From: Heteronotia binoei
Taxonomy: Eukaryota
Assembly (NCBI RefSeq): GCF_032191835.1
Contig: NC_083226.1
Coordinates: forward strand, 136,896,001 to 136,960,000
Length of the DNA stretch: 64,000 bases
Direction: 5' to 3'
The notes under the pieces were generated by a model. That model was not told where the DNA came from and did no database searches. It saw only the letters and a program-made list of their open reading frames with translations. A program made the position numbers and the translations under genes. Shown piece after piece: positions 45,886 to 58,514 of this stretch (its first letter is position 1; every line of letters begins with the position of its first letter).

Positions 45886-46546
45886 ACCTTACTAATACAA
45901 ATATACTGTTTTCAGTGAGAGGAAATGAAATGATGTTTGGGCTAGTGTTGAAATACTATATCCATTCTGCAAAACATTCAGCAATTGGGATAGAAGCAGG
46001 TGCCTTCTGGCAGAAACCAACCATGTCCCAGGTGAGACAACCTTTTTTTGCTGCTGCTGCCTCTAATCTATGGCACTCCCTAATCTTCAAAAGGTGAGAT
46101 TGACACTATCTATATAGGCTTCTCAGAGCAAATTTAAGAACTTCCCTATTCTGGAAACAGACTAATGGAAAAGGCAGCAAGGATTGTTTCTGTATTCCCT
46201 GAATAATTTTTTAGGAATTTGGGAGGTTTTATTTATATTGGTTTTGTATCTTTAACATCAACTTGTTAGCTATCTTGAAGGTCTGTGAAGGCAGAAATGT
46301 GGCAACTATCTATTACATATCACAAAGGTGTTCTAATGTGTGAAATAAATGAAGTAAATTAAGGGGAAGGAACCAAGGTGGCTACACTGCAGCAAACACA
46401 GCAAGCTCTTCTGAGACAATAGAGATGACCAGGTCCGCAGATTTCTACTACTTCTTCAAAATGGTCTCTCTCACAATTGATACAACTAGTGGCTGACCTA
46501 CAGAATAACATAAAGCATCCATACTGACCCTTCTGTAGGTCTAGAA

Positions 46547-46682
46547 CAGGAGTGGCCAACAGTAGCTCTCCAGATGTTTTTTGCCTACAATTCCCATCAG
46601 CCCCAGCCAGCATGGCCAATGGCTGGGGCTGATGGGAGTTGTAGGCAAAAAACATCTGGAGAGCTACCACTGGCCACCCCTG
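46547..46682. mobile_element. Palindromic hAT-Charlie-type MITE, 136 bp
   Basis: CAGGAGTGGCCA...TGGCCACCCCTG; almost the whole element folds back. Perfect TSD GTCTAGAA, fitting the NTCTAGAN Charlie target. Confidence 0.92.
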
Positions 46683-49199
46683 GTCTAGAATATAGGCCTA
46701 CTGAAGGAATATAGAATTAGGACTGCCAGCCTTCAGGTCATAGTCGGGAATCTCCTAGTATTACATCTGATCTCCAGGCAACAGAGACCAGTACACCTGG
46801 AGAAAATGGCTGCTTTGGAAGGTGGACTTTATGGCATTATATTCCATTGAAGTCCCTCCCTCCACAAACCCCATCCTCCTCAGTGGTGACCAGACGCTGG
46901 GCAGCAGGAGACCCAAGGGCAAGGCGTCAGAACTTGGAAGGGCAGCTGGGAGTTCTGACCCTCCCAGTGGGCAATTCTGGCAAAGGTCTAGTGGTGGAAG
47001 AAAAGCCCCTCCAGGTGTGATGAAGCACCTAGGAGGACAGAATGGAATAGGGCCTGGAGGCAGAGCAAGCACATTGCACCACACTGCTTGGTAAAGAAAG
47101 GAACATTTAAAATTTATCAGTCTTTCGCAGCTACTGTGTCCTGCTAGCTCACGGCAATATGGCCTCATCCAGAGTTCGTGTTAGTTATTTCCAGTCCAGT
47201 GTCAGATTTGTGTATGCTGTAAATTAGGGGTAGGAAACACTTTTTGTCTTAGTACCAAAACTCCACAAATCTTACTGGGGGAGATGTGTGTGTTTTGGGG
47301 GGGGGGGGTCATGTTTGGCCAGACACGCTAGACACAAACTTGACTCCCTTGGGAGAAGAATGGCCCCCACATGCTGAATACAATGTTCTGTCAAGCTATT
47401 GTTGAGCAAACATGTTGGAAAATGGGTGGTCCAGCCAATATAGTATGAATGTATATTTAATCAGATTCTCCAACTCATCAGGGCCACATAAAGACTACTG
47501 TCAAATCTCTCTCATTCTGTTTGTTTAAGGGATTAAAACACTAATGATTGTAGCCCTTGACTCATGCAGACTGGAGTTATTGCCAAAGTTTGTGCTTGTG
47601 GTAACTTGCCTGTCACTATTCTGTCCTTTTACTACATTCCTCATGATCTTTATAGTTCATTGTGTCAAAAAGTCAAAATAGTTCCAGCAATTTCTAAGAT
47701 TATATAATAGACTGAATTTTAGCTGAAGAACACAAAAATCAAATTCAGGAACTACAGGCACTATTTATCTGTTATTTTTACATTATTCATTTATACCCCA
47801 CCCTTCTCCCCAGTGGGTACCCAAAGCAGCTTAGATCATTCTGCTAGATTCCATTTTATTTTCACAACCCTGTGAGGTAGATTAGACTGAGAGTGTGTGG
47901 CTAGCCATGACAAAACAGAGATCTGAATCTGGTAAGGTTGCCAGCCCCACTTCCCCGGTCATCAGCAGAGTATGAGGGGTAGGGTTTCCAGATCCAGGTT
48001 GGGAAACTCCTGGAGATTTGGGGATAGGGATGGGGAGGACAAAGACCTCAGTGGGGTACAGTGCCAAAGAGTACACCCTCCAAAGCATTCACTTTACCCA
48101 GGGGAAAGGGTGTTATTGTAATTCCAGGGGATCCCCAGGTCTCACCTGGAGAGTGGCACCCCTGGAACCTAGGTCTCCCAGATTCTAGTTTAAAACTGTA
48201 GCCAAAATACCACACTGCTTTCTTTAGGCAGCTCTGAGAAGCTTATGTCTGATTTCCCAGGCAGTTTCCCATGTAGGAACTGTCCCAGGTCTACACTCTC
48301 GGAACTATTACATTTTATCATATGCTTGTTCCAGGGAGCTCAGGGTGTTGTACATGGTTCTCACTAAGCAGTGGTATCGGTACAATACCCAAACAGCCCA
48401 AGCAGCTGTTTGTGGTGCCAGATTAGCAGTAGGCAGCACCAGGAGAGAAGGTAATGGGCAGTCAGTGCCCTACAGCAGTCAGATGAGGACTTGGGTTCAA
48501 AATCCCACAAAGCCATGAAGTAACTTCAGGCATCACAGCTAGCTGCCTTGCATGGTTGTTGTGAGGCCAAAATATTGGAAAGAGGAGGGTGTACACTATC
48601 CAATTTCTTGAAGGAATCCTGGAATACCAAGCATATCGCTTCGCAGACCTGTACTGCCAATATTTGGGTCCAGAATTGTCTGCAAAGGAGCAGCCTCCAT
48701 TAACTAGTCTGGAGTCCACAGAGAATGCACCCCCTTCTCCAACAATACTGCTACTGCCACGCTGGCCTCCACTAGACTGGTACAGGAGGACAGTTGGGTG
48801 CGCTGGACTGTTCTTCTCCTACTGTCAGGGCATGGATCTAGGGGGGAGCAGAGGGGGTGCTTGCCCTGGGTGCTGCTGGAAGGGGGGCATCAAATTGGGT
48901 ATTATGGAGTCCATTCTATTCTATGGGCCCATAAGGCTGGGGGTGTCATTTTTTAATTTTGCACCCCCTTTGGAGTTCAATCCTGCTTGTCACACCCTTG
49001 CTCTTGGCTCTACCCCAAAGGCTCCATCCCTAAAGTCCCCAGATATTTCTTGAATTGGACTTGGCAACCCTAGACTGGACCAAACTGAGCTCCAGACAAA
49101 GTGGGCACGTGAAGCCTGGTTTCCCAGGCAGTCCCAAGCCAGTGGTTCCCTGATGGCTCGAAGTTTCCGGCGCCATTTACACTTTCATCAAAGAAAGTT

Positions 49200-49700
49200 G
49201 GTCTGCACTCGTCAGGCCCAGACTCTTCCTTCACCGGCGGGCAGAAAGTCCGCCCCCGGCACGCCGCGTTACAGGCAGCTGAGGTCACAGCTGGCTCCTC
49301 CTCAGGGAACAGGAGAGTACCTGTAAAGGGTGTAAAGTCTGACGTCACGAAGGTGCGTTTAGGCTCCGCCTCTGCCGAGCCCCTCCCTCGCTCTGAAGTG
49401 TCGGAGAAACCGGAGAGGTGCAGACCGCCGAGGAGGAAGTAGTGGTGCTTGTGTAGCTTCTTGTCACCTCTCCGGCGAAGGCTGCGGACATGGGGCGCCT
49501 CGGCCCGGCGTGCTGGTGGATCCTGGTCGTGAGCGTCACTTTGGTGATTGCTTCTGATAGAGGTGAGGAGGAGAGTATGCCACAGCTTGGGGAGAAGGTG
49601 GGATGGGGAGGAGGGTGTGGTACAGACTCCAAAGGTTGCGCCCCCCCCCCCCTTTTCACTTCTCGTCCTTGCCGTAGGCAAGTTGGGGAGGGAGCGCTTT
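49200..49700 (+). promoter_or_regulatory. F2RL1 CpG-island promoter and exon 1 region
   Basis: The only CpG-dense stretch here that is not TE-derived. GC box CCGCCC 49250-49255, full CRE TGACGTCA 49340-49347, CTCCGCCT ~49364, ETS-like GGAGGAAGT ~49432. No TATA seen. Confidence 0.8.
49490..49562 (+). CDS. F2RL1: PAR2 coding exon 1 (signal peptide)
   Basis: GACATGG start. Encodes MGRLGPACWWILVVSVTLVIASDR, then the donor G|GTGAG at 49563 (phase 1), within the CpG island. Confidence 0.85.
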
Positions 49701-50289
49701 GATTCTTTCAGTTGCTGCAAAGTTTTTATTTCATGTTGACTCAGAGAGCGGAAGTTGAACTTCGCTGGGCTTAGAACCAGGTGGGCAGCTGTGTTGGTCT
49801 GAAAGTGCAGAACAAATTTTGAGCCCGCTGGCACCTTTAAAGACTAACAATAATGAATACAACTTCGTTGGTCTTAAAGGTTACCGTTGAAGTCAAAATT
49901 TGTTCTTCCGCTGGACTTCGTTCTCAAGTAGTCCAGCGTGATTCCTAAGCGTATCTGTTGGTAATAAATCCTACTGGGTTTTAAAAGGACTTAATCCTAA
50001 ATAAAATCGTCGGTTTAGAGATGTGGGCCATAAGCATTTATTTCTGGAGCTCTGTGTTCCTCAGCTTCGGCTTTCCTTTGAAAAGAAATAAAAAAGGCTG
50101 ACCTTGAATTACTAATTAGACCGAGTCTGTTTTCAGTGCAGGGTTATCCCTTAAATTCATGTTAAATTGATGGGAAAGAATTCCCCTGAGTGTATGCAGA
50201 TTACTCTTCTTTCACTGTTGGGTAGCTATAACCAGCATTCACATGTTTACAAGTAATTATTTAAAAAAAAACAAACCCTGTGATTTTAG

Positions 50290-52500
50290 TTTTCAAACAA
50301 TTTTATTAGTAATATATGGCAATATATTCAATTTCTTATATCATTAATAACTACTTTCCCCCCATATATTATTCTACCTCCCCCTCCCCCCATTACTTGA
50401 CCCCTGCCGGTGTACTAAATTTAAAACATCATTATAAAAGGTAGCCCTAATTAATAAGAACCAAAGTTCGTATCCTCCCCCCACTTGTACTTAACCATTA
50501 TCAAAGATTGTCCAATGGCCTTTTACTTTCCATTCTTTTTCTACATATCTTCTGAACTTCTTCCACTCCATCTTAAATACTTCTAAATCATAGTCTCTTA
50601 AAGTTCTCGTTAACTTATCCATATCACTCCATGTCATAACTTTAACAATCCAATCCCATTTCTCTGGTATTTTTTCTTGCTTCCACAACTGCGCATACAA
50701 TGTCCTAGCAGCTGAGAGCAAGTACCAGATTAAAGTTCTGTCTTCCTTTGGAAATTTTTCCATTTGTAATCCTAACAGAAAAGTCTCTGCAACTTTGTTA
50801 AATTCATATCCCAAGATTTTAGAAATCTCTTGCTGAATCATCTGGCAAAATTTTTTAGCTCTTTCACAAATCCATCACATATGGTAGAAAGAACCTTCAT
50901 GCTTTTTACATTTCCAGCATCTGTCTGGCATCTTGTTATTCATCTTTGCCAATTGTTTAGGAGTTATATACCATCTGTACATCATCTTAAAACAATTTTC
51001 TTTAATATTCTGACATATTGAGAGTTTCATAGAGTTCTTCCACAAATATTCCCAAGTTTCCATCTGAATTTCTTTATTCACATTAATTGCCCATTTAATC
51101 ATTTGAGATTTCACTACTTCATCTTCTGTAGACCATTGTAGAAGTCTCTTCAGGATCTTCCTCTAAAAATTGTGCAATTATTTTCGTTATATAGTCCGTA
51201 AAACCGCCCTCTTCCAACTAGCTTTCTAAAATAGAACCTGGTAGTAACATCAAGCCATCTTTGTACATATTGAGATTGTGGCACAATTAAGTTATACTGG
51301 TTTTAGATTATTTATTTCATAATATTTAATTTATGAATTGTATTGTAATTGTATTATCTTGTTTTTATTGTTATAACATGGTTTATACCATGTCCTGTAA
51401 GCTGCCCTGAGCCTGCCTAGGTGGGGAGGGTGGGGTATAAATAAAAAAATATTATTATTATTATTTTAGATCACCATCTTCCTTTTCAGGTACTCCTCTC
51501 AGACGTATCTGAGTCTCCATCAATTTGCAGTCATGGATTGTCACTTTTTCTTGCATTTTCCACAAGGCGGAATCATATACTTTCATTCTACCGTCTACCT
51601 CCTGCACTTTCTTAGATGTTTCCTTTCTGAGATCTTCCATATCTTTTTTAATCTCTTCAATAATTTCTTTTTTCAATTCAGTTATCATCTTTCTCATACC
51701 TCTCATCATTCTGGCCTCCATTGCCTCTAGTTGGTCCTGCATTTTTTTCCAAACGGGGTTGCTTGTGTTCTGACATTTAAAAAACAGCGAAAATTTGGAC
51801 CTCACCAATTTCAACTTCAACTATCAGATTCAAAAGAATAGGACTTGCCTTTTATAACAAGCCTAATTTCGCCATCCTCAGAGCTCCCAAAGTCAAGGAA
51901 TTTATTTTTAAAGTTTTTAAATCTTTCAAAATGGTGGTCGCGACTTTCTACTGCTCCTTACAATTTTTCCCCTTTTAAAAACGTCTAAAGGCCTCACAAA
52001 TATGTCCAATAATATTTATCTTCTTATCCTCTTCTCAATTAATTCCAACTATTTTTAATGTCCCGAACACTCCAAAAACATTATTTTAATTTTAACCTCC
52101 AAACAATGGCCGCTGATATTTCTCAATGGTGTTATATTCCTAGAGTAGGTTTTCTTTCCACTTTTTAGCACTATCCTTTATATTTACAAAGTCCAAATTT
52201 CAGCTCTTCCTCCCTTCTTCTTCCAAACTTTCTAGATTTTCATTTCCCACCTTTTAAATTTATTCCATTAAACTGTAAATAGTCCCGGAATGAAAGATAG
52301 TAATCTGTACCTTCTCTTCCATTTATCTAAGTTCCCACCGGTCTTGCATAACTTTAGATGTTTAGCAATGTTCAAGAAGGTTAGGATTCTGTCGAGCTTA
52401 TGTCAAATAAATGACTCTGAAAACTTCTGCAGATGATGAAAATGCAACTCTTCCTGGAGACCCCTCAAAGCCTCAAAGGAGCTCTCCCCCCCCCCCCCCC
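50290..52500 (-). mobile_element. Internally deleted L1 in the F2RL1 intron (5' UTR and partial ORF1 fused to ORF2 C-terminus)
   Basis: ORF1 coiled coil ending QIRLRGVPE (51461-51820), continuing DYITKIIAQFLEEDPEE (~51140-51210), then directly QWSTEDEVVKSQM...CWKC (ORF2 end). A SINE-tail-like insert lies at ~51215-51470. Outer boundaries approximate. Confidence 0.75.
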
Positions 52501-54469
52501 GGACTCCCTTTTAGCCAAGGTAAATCTCCTCAAAAGTTTCCTGTGCATATCTTGGACTAATCTCTAACTGAGAAAAGTAGGCAGTAGGTATTAATTTGCC
52601 TTCCACTATCCCGGACAGAAGTTCCAGCCTGCTCCTGTTATGGGAAGCAGCTCAGCTCGACATTTTCCTCCCCTGGAAGTCCAAAGCAAACAAAAAAACC
52701 CCTGATTTTAAAGCTTTTCTTATCCTTATGAAAGCCTTTCCACAATAATTCGTCTGCTTTGAGTATTAAGGGGAGGGGGAAATTATACCAGGCACACTCA
52801 GCTTGCATGGAGTGCTGGTCAGGCCTGTTGGACTTGATCATTACCCCTGCATTAATTGAGTGTGCCCTTGAACACACCTTCCACACTGCTGATCATTAGA
52901 CAGAAGGATTGGGACTATAAGGAAAATTTGTCTGCAACACTGTTGTTATTTTCAGTGACAAACTCCTTATAAGCTTGCCGGACAACCTTGCAGTATTCTA
53001 GAATGCATTTAAAAAACCACAGTTTGACAACATCTCTGAAGGCACCTGTATTTCAATTCAAAGTTCAAATGTGATCCTGTACAAAAGACATGCATGTCTA
53101 AAGGACCAACGTCTATAGCAAGAAAGGGGTACTGAGCATGCTGGCCCCACTTATGACCAAGTGTACTGGCCTGTCCCTCCTTAGTGCATATTTGTTGTAC
53201 AGAAATATGGTGCTGTGTACATGCATTGCTTCTGTCCCTGTGAATATTCCCAGGAATGCCACCCCACACACACATAGGACACTGTCCCCATGTAAGGTAA
53301 ATGTGCACTGGAAGAATCAATATGTTCAATTGTGAGTGAGGGATCATAGGACCATTTATTTATTTCTCCACACACACACACACACACACACACACCGCAA
53401 TACTGTTGGATCTGCAGACAAACTATGCCATGGGGCTGTTAAATGCTGTGGTGGGCTCCTTGACAAAGATTCCCTTTGGGTCCTTCTTTCATAGTCAGAA
53501 GAACATACGTAAAGTGTTTGATTGGAACAATATGACCATGGTGATGCAGCTGCCCCCCTGCTGAATTACTTATCTGCATTCTTGTTAATGAAAACTGACT
53601 GTCGTATATCACTTTGATCTGTTTTGACCCTTATTACATCTATAAAGGTTAGCACTCTTGCATAAATCTGGGACATCAATGATATTGTCCCTTAAACATA
53701 TATCAGCTGCTGATGTTGTTATTTCCAAAGAGATAGTGGCCTTTCTCTGCTCCACCCTGCTTTTCTAGCCGGTTGTTCTTAGTGCATCTTGCAACCTGTT
53801 TTGCACCCAGCACCATGTGTTCCAAAACAGTCTGCAACACGTGCTGCATTCCATTTTTAAGCTTGCCAACTGCAGACTGTGGTCTTCTCCTTTGTGCTGT
53901 GAAATGTCTTTTTCTCTTCTGCCTGCCTTCCTTTTTTGACTTTTGTGCTGAGCACCCAACCTGATAGTGAGCTTCTGTCTTTCCTAGAATTCTTTATTTG
54001 AAAAACTTTTGCCAGGCCTAATCAAAATGTAATATGCTGCTGGAGAACTGATCCGTAATATGGCTAATAAAGCTTCAGCCTGGCTGAGTGCTCTGATGTG
54101 CTGGTTACATAAGCCAATATTCTTCCTTTTGCCATGCCACCTGTGTACATGGAACTTGCTGGCATAAACAAAAAGTGCAGACCTGATGTTCCATGGTGGG
54201 GAGGAGAACAAGAAAGACATGAGAGGCAAAGTGAATAAGGAATGAACATATGCATATGTGCATTTATTTGTATACTTTATAGCCACCTTTCTCATTGCAA
54301 CCTAAGGTGGATTATAGAATGAAAAACAATACAATTACACATCATAAGACATCAGTGAGCAAGGCAAGCCAAAGTGTGAGTAGACAACATGAACTACAAC
54401 TGTCTCAACAAGGTATAGTGGAATTACAAAGAGAGAGGACAATGCAGTAAAAGCAAGATTATGCCGAAG

Positions 54470-54627
54470 AATAAAGTTTTAAGTCCAGTGGCACCTTTAG
54501 GACCAACAAAGTTTTACTCTGGGTATAAGCTTTCACATGTACACACACTTGTGGATGCACGCAAAAGCTTATACCCAGAATAAAACTTTGTTGGTCTCTG
54601 AGGTGCCACTGGACTCAAACTTTGTTC
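54470..54627. repeat. Inverted pair of Penelope-like termini
   Basis: Arms ~54470-54533 and ~54563-54627 are reverse complements (GTCCAGTGGCACC...GGGTATAAGCTTT / AAAGCTTATACCC...GGTGCCACTGGAC). Confidence 0.75.
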
Positions 54628-55190
54628 TGCTGCATCAGACCAACATGACTACCACATGAATTACTAAGAGTAATCACTGCAGTGAACTACAATCCTTCAT
54701 TATAAAGGACCCTGTTGGACCGTTCGATTCTGCCTTAATTGTAATCCCTTAATATGTGCAAGTAGTTAAACTTTATTGTGGTGTGATACAAATTATATAT
54801 ATGTTGGAGTCATGGGAAGTTGGGGGATGAGTTCTAGCCAGTTCTGTCTTGCTGTTTGAGAATGTAGAATCTATCAAAGCGTGTCTATACTAGTTGTAGT
54901 GTCTCTTTTGCAGGAAACATAGCTACACTTAGTCAGTGGGTGAACATACCTGTAAAGTGAATCTATACTATCATTATAAGTGCTGTACTGTGATGCAATA
55001 TTTGTGTTTTTTAAAAATACAGTTTGGTTATCGATTATTGGGGGTGAGTGTTTTGCAAAAAACACTGTAATGTGAGCCCTTTATTTTACCAGCATGGAAC
55101 AAGCCAACAGTCACTTTTGAATTCACAGTAGCTAGTTTGTATGGTTAAAAAGAGGGACACTTCATAACATTCCTTATAGTGGAAATGAAT

Positions 55191-55328
55191 GCTGTGGTCA
55201 CACATACTAAATAATGCACTTTCAATCCACTTTCAATGCACTTTCCAACTGGATTTTACTGTGCGAACTGGCAAAATCCAGTTCGAAAGTGGATTGAAAG
55301 TGCATTATTGTGTGTGTGTGATCACAGC
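55191..55328. mobile_element. Palindromic MITE-like element, copy 2
   Basis: GCTGTGGTCACAC...GTGTGATCACAGC. Internal sequence homologous to 12991-13123. Confidence 0.8.
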
Positions 55329-55670
55329 TGGAGTGCATGTTTAAAATACAGTTGGAAGGAATGAAGTTTGGGTTATGACTTCTTGGGCAAGGCCGAGGGC
55401 TTAGATTTTTAGAGAATAAGAGACTACATGGTTATAATTTGGTCTGAATTTTCTCACTGCCTACTCTTATTTGTGTACACTCTTACTCAAAGTGGAAACA
55501 TAGACCTTTTTCATTCTAGTTTTTCAAGTAGTTTGAGGTGTGTGCTACACATAGCATGGCCTGTCCTTGAGCATCATCAGAAACAACAGAAAGGGCACTT
55601 AGTTTGCAGGAATAACTTCTCAGTGAGTAAACCTTTTGTCAGTGGGCCCAGTTAGCAGCCAATAGTAATA

Positions 55671-57937
55671 AGAACATAAGAGAAGCCATGTTGGATCAGG
55701 CCAACGGCCCATCCAGTCCAACACTCTGTGTCACACAGTGGCAAAAATTTTTATATATACACACACACTGTGGCTAATAGCCACTGATGGACCTGTGCTC
55801 CATATTTTTATCTATCTTTTTTATTGCAAACGCACACTGACTTGACATTTTCAGTGAGTTATCTACCACGACCCCAAGATCTCTCTCTTGGTCAGTCTCT
55901 GCCAGTTCACACCCCATCAACTTGTATTTGTAGCTGGGATTCTTGGCCCCAATGTGCATTACTTTGTACTTGGCCACATTGAACCTCATCTGCCACGTCG
56001 ACGCCCACTCACCCAGCCTCAACAGATCCCTTTGGAGTTCCTCACAATCCTCTCTGGTTCTCACCACCCTGAACAATTTAGTGTCATCCGCAAACTTGGC
56101 CACTTCACTGCTCACTCCCAACTCTAAATCATTTATGAATAAGTTAAAGAGGATGGGACCCAGTACCGAGCCCTGCGGCACCCCACTGCTTACCGTCCTC
56201 CACTGCGAAGACTGCCCATTTATACTCACTCTCTGCTTCCTATTACTCAGCCAATTTTTGATCCACAAGAGGACCTGTCCTTTTACTCCATGACTCTCAA
56301 GCTTTCTAAGGAGCCTTTGATGAGGAACTTTATCAAAAGCTTTCTGGAAGTCAAGGTAAACAACATCTATCGGGTCTCCTTTGTCCACATGTTTGTTCAC
56401 CCCCTCAAAGAAATTTAACAGGTTAGTGAGGCAAGATCTTCCCTTACAGAACCCATGCTGAGTCTTCCTCAATAACCCGTGTTCATCAATGTGCCTACTC
56501 ATTCTGTCTTTGATAATGGTTTCTACCAACTTTCCCGGTATTGAAGTCAGACTGACTGGCCTGTAATTTCCCGGATCTCCTCTGGAACCCTTTTTAAAGA
56601 TGGGGGTGACATTTGCTACCTTCCAGTCCTCAGGAACGGAGGCAGATTTCAATGAAAGATTACAGATTTTTGTTAGAAGATCCACAAGTTCAACTTTGAG
56701 TTCTTTCAGAACTCTCGGATGTATGCCATCCGGACCCGGTGACTTATTAGTTTTTAATTTGTCTATCAGTTGTAGGACCTCCTCTTTTGTCACCTCAATC
56801 TGACTCAGGTCTTTCAACACTCCTTCCAAAATTAGTGGTTCTGGGGCGGGCAAAAAGTTCTCGTCTTCCACAGTGAAGACGGAGGCAAAAAATTCATTCA
56901 GCTTCTCAGCCATTTCCCTATCCTCCTTCAGTAGTCCTTTAACCCCATGGTCATCCAAGGGCCCCACTGCCTTCCTGGCTGGTTTCCTACTTCTAATATA
57001 TTTGAAGAAATTTTTATTGTTGGTCTTTATGTTTTTTGCAATATGCTCCTCATAGTCCCTTTTTGACTGCCTGATCACAGTCTTGCATTTGATTTGCCAC
57101 AGCTTGTGTTCCCTTTTACTAATCTCACTTGGACTGGTTTTCCACCGCTTAAAGGAGTCCTTTTTACCTTTTACAGCTTCCATTACTTTGTTTGTTAACC
57201 ACACAGGCCTTTTCTTATGCCTGTTTGTGCCTTTCCTAACTTGTGGTATGTATTTTATCTGAGCTTCTAGGATTATAGTTTTAAATAGTGTCCAAGCTTC
57301 CCCAAGGGTTTTGACTGTATGTACCTTTCCTTTCAGTTTCCTCCTTACATGCCTCCTCATCTCATTGTATTTACCCCTTTTAAAGTTAAACGTGGTTGTG
57401 GCGGTCTTTTTGGACAACTCCCTATTTATACAAACGGTGAAATCAATAACATTATGGTCACTGCTCCCAAGAGGCGCAATCACTTTTACATCTCTCACCA
57501 AGTCTTGGGCATTACTTGGGACCAAATCCAGGATCGCCCCACCCCTGGTAGGTTCTGAGACCATCTGCTCCATAGCACAGTCATTGAGAGCATCTAGAAA
57601 CTCAGTCTCTTTCTCTCTACCAGAACACATATTGACCCAATCAATCTGCGGGTAGTTAAAAATCACCTATTACGACACAGTTTTTACTTTTAGCCGTTAT
57701 CTTTAAGCCTTCCATCATATTATAATCGTCCTCTCTCTTTTGATTTGGTGGGCGATAACAAACTCCCATAGTTAAATTTCCTTTGGGGCCCTCTATTTCA
57801 AAGCATTTCTAAAAGTGAATCTAATTCTCTGACCTCAGTCTTACTGGACCGTATATCCTCTCTGACATACAGAGCCACCCCACCTCCAACCCTTCCCTCC
57901 CTGTCCTTCCGATATAACTTATATCCAGGAATCACCA
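55671..57937 (-). mobile_element. 5'-truncated CR1 with a ~0.5-kb internal 3' deletion, antisense in the F2RL1 intron
   Basis: Very similar to the full-length copy. AFAIKK is joined directly to IDKNMEHRSISGY*. Frameshift near 57660. (ATAAGAAC) tail at ~55671. Confidence 0.95.
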
Positions 57938-58514
57938 TGCTAGCCACTCAAAAGGATGAGTTTGTTCATGGAGTATGAGGCTTGCCATAGTAGGGTTTGG
58001 TCCTTATTAACTGTAAAGTAAAAATCTATGCAAAGTGCATGAGAGTAGGCAGTAAGGAGTACTTTGGCCAACACTCATTCTGTTTGCTTAGGCAAGTAGT
58101 ATGTGTTCCCAGTGCCCCATTTATGTTCTCATACAAGACAAAGATGGTGAGGGTTGGCCTTTAAGAACCTTCTCTTGGTCTTTGCCCCTCTATGCCTCTG
58201 TGCCTTCATGCACAAATGTCAGGATGAGTATGTATCTCCCCATCTGTGAGGCTGACCGCAAACCCAACTCCCTCTGCCCACCTTTGCTGAGGGGGGTGAT
58301 GGAGGCATATTCTCATGTAGGACTGGAATTATCATGGAGGAAATTGGGTCTTGGAAGGGAACAGGGGAAGTGGCAGGTGCAGAAAGCCTATCTTCTGGTT
58401 GTTTTCTACAAATGATCTCAACCCTCAGCTTTCTTTGCATTAGTAAAGTGTGGTTTTGGGGGGAGTTCTTTGGCTGACTAAGGTGGAAGTATTTTGAGAC
58501 CAAGTATTTTGGAC

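Noticed and set aside
26000-49000. A third PAR1-like gene or pseudogene between copy B and F2RL1
   Set aside because: I found no 7TM motifs or exon-1 homology by eye in any frame. A highly decayed remnant would need tBLASTn to exclude.
49070-49834. 254-aa antisense ORF over the F2RL1 promoter
   Set aside because: GC-rich CpG islands are depleted of stop codons; no protein features.
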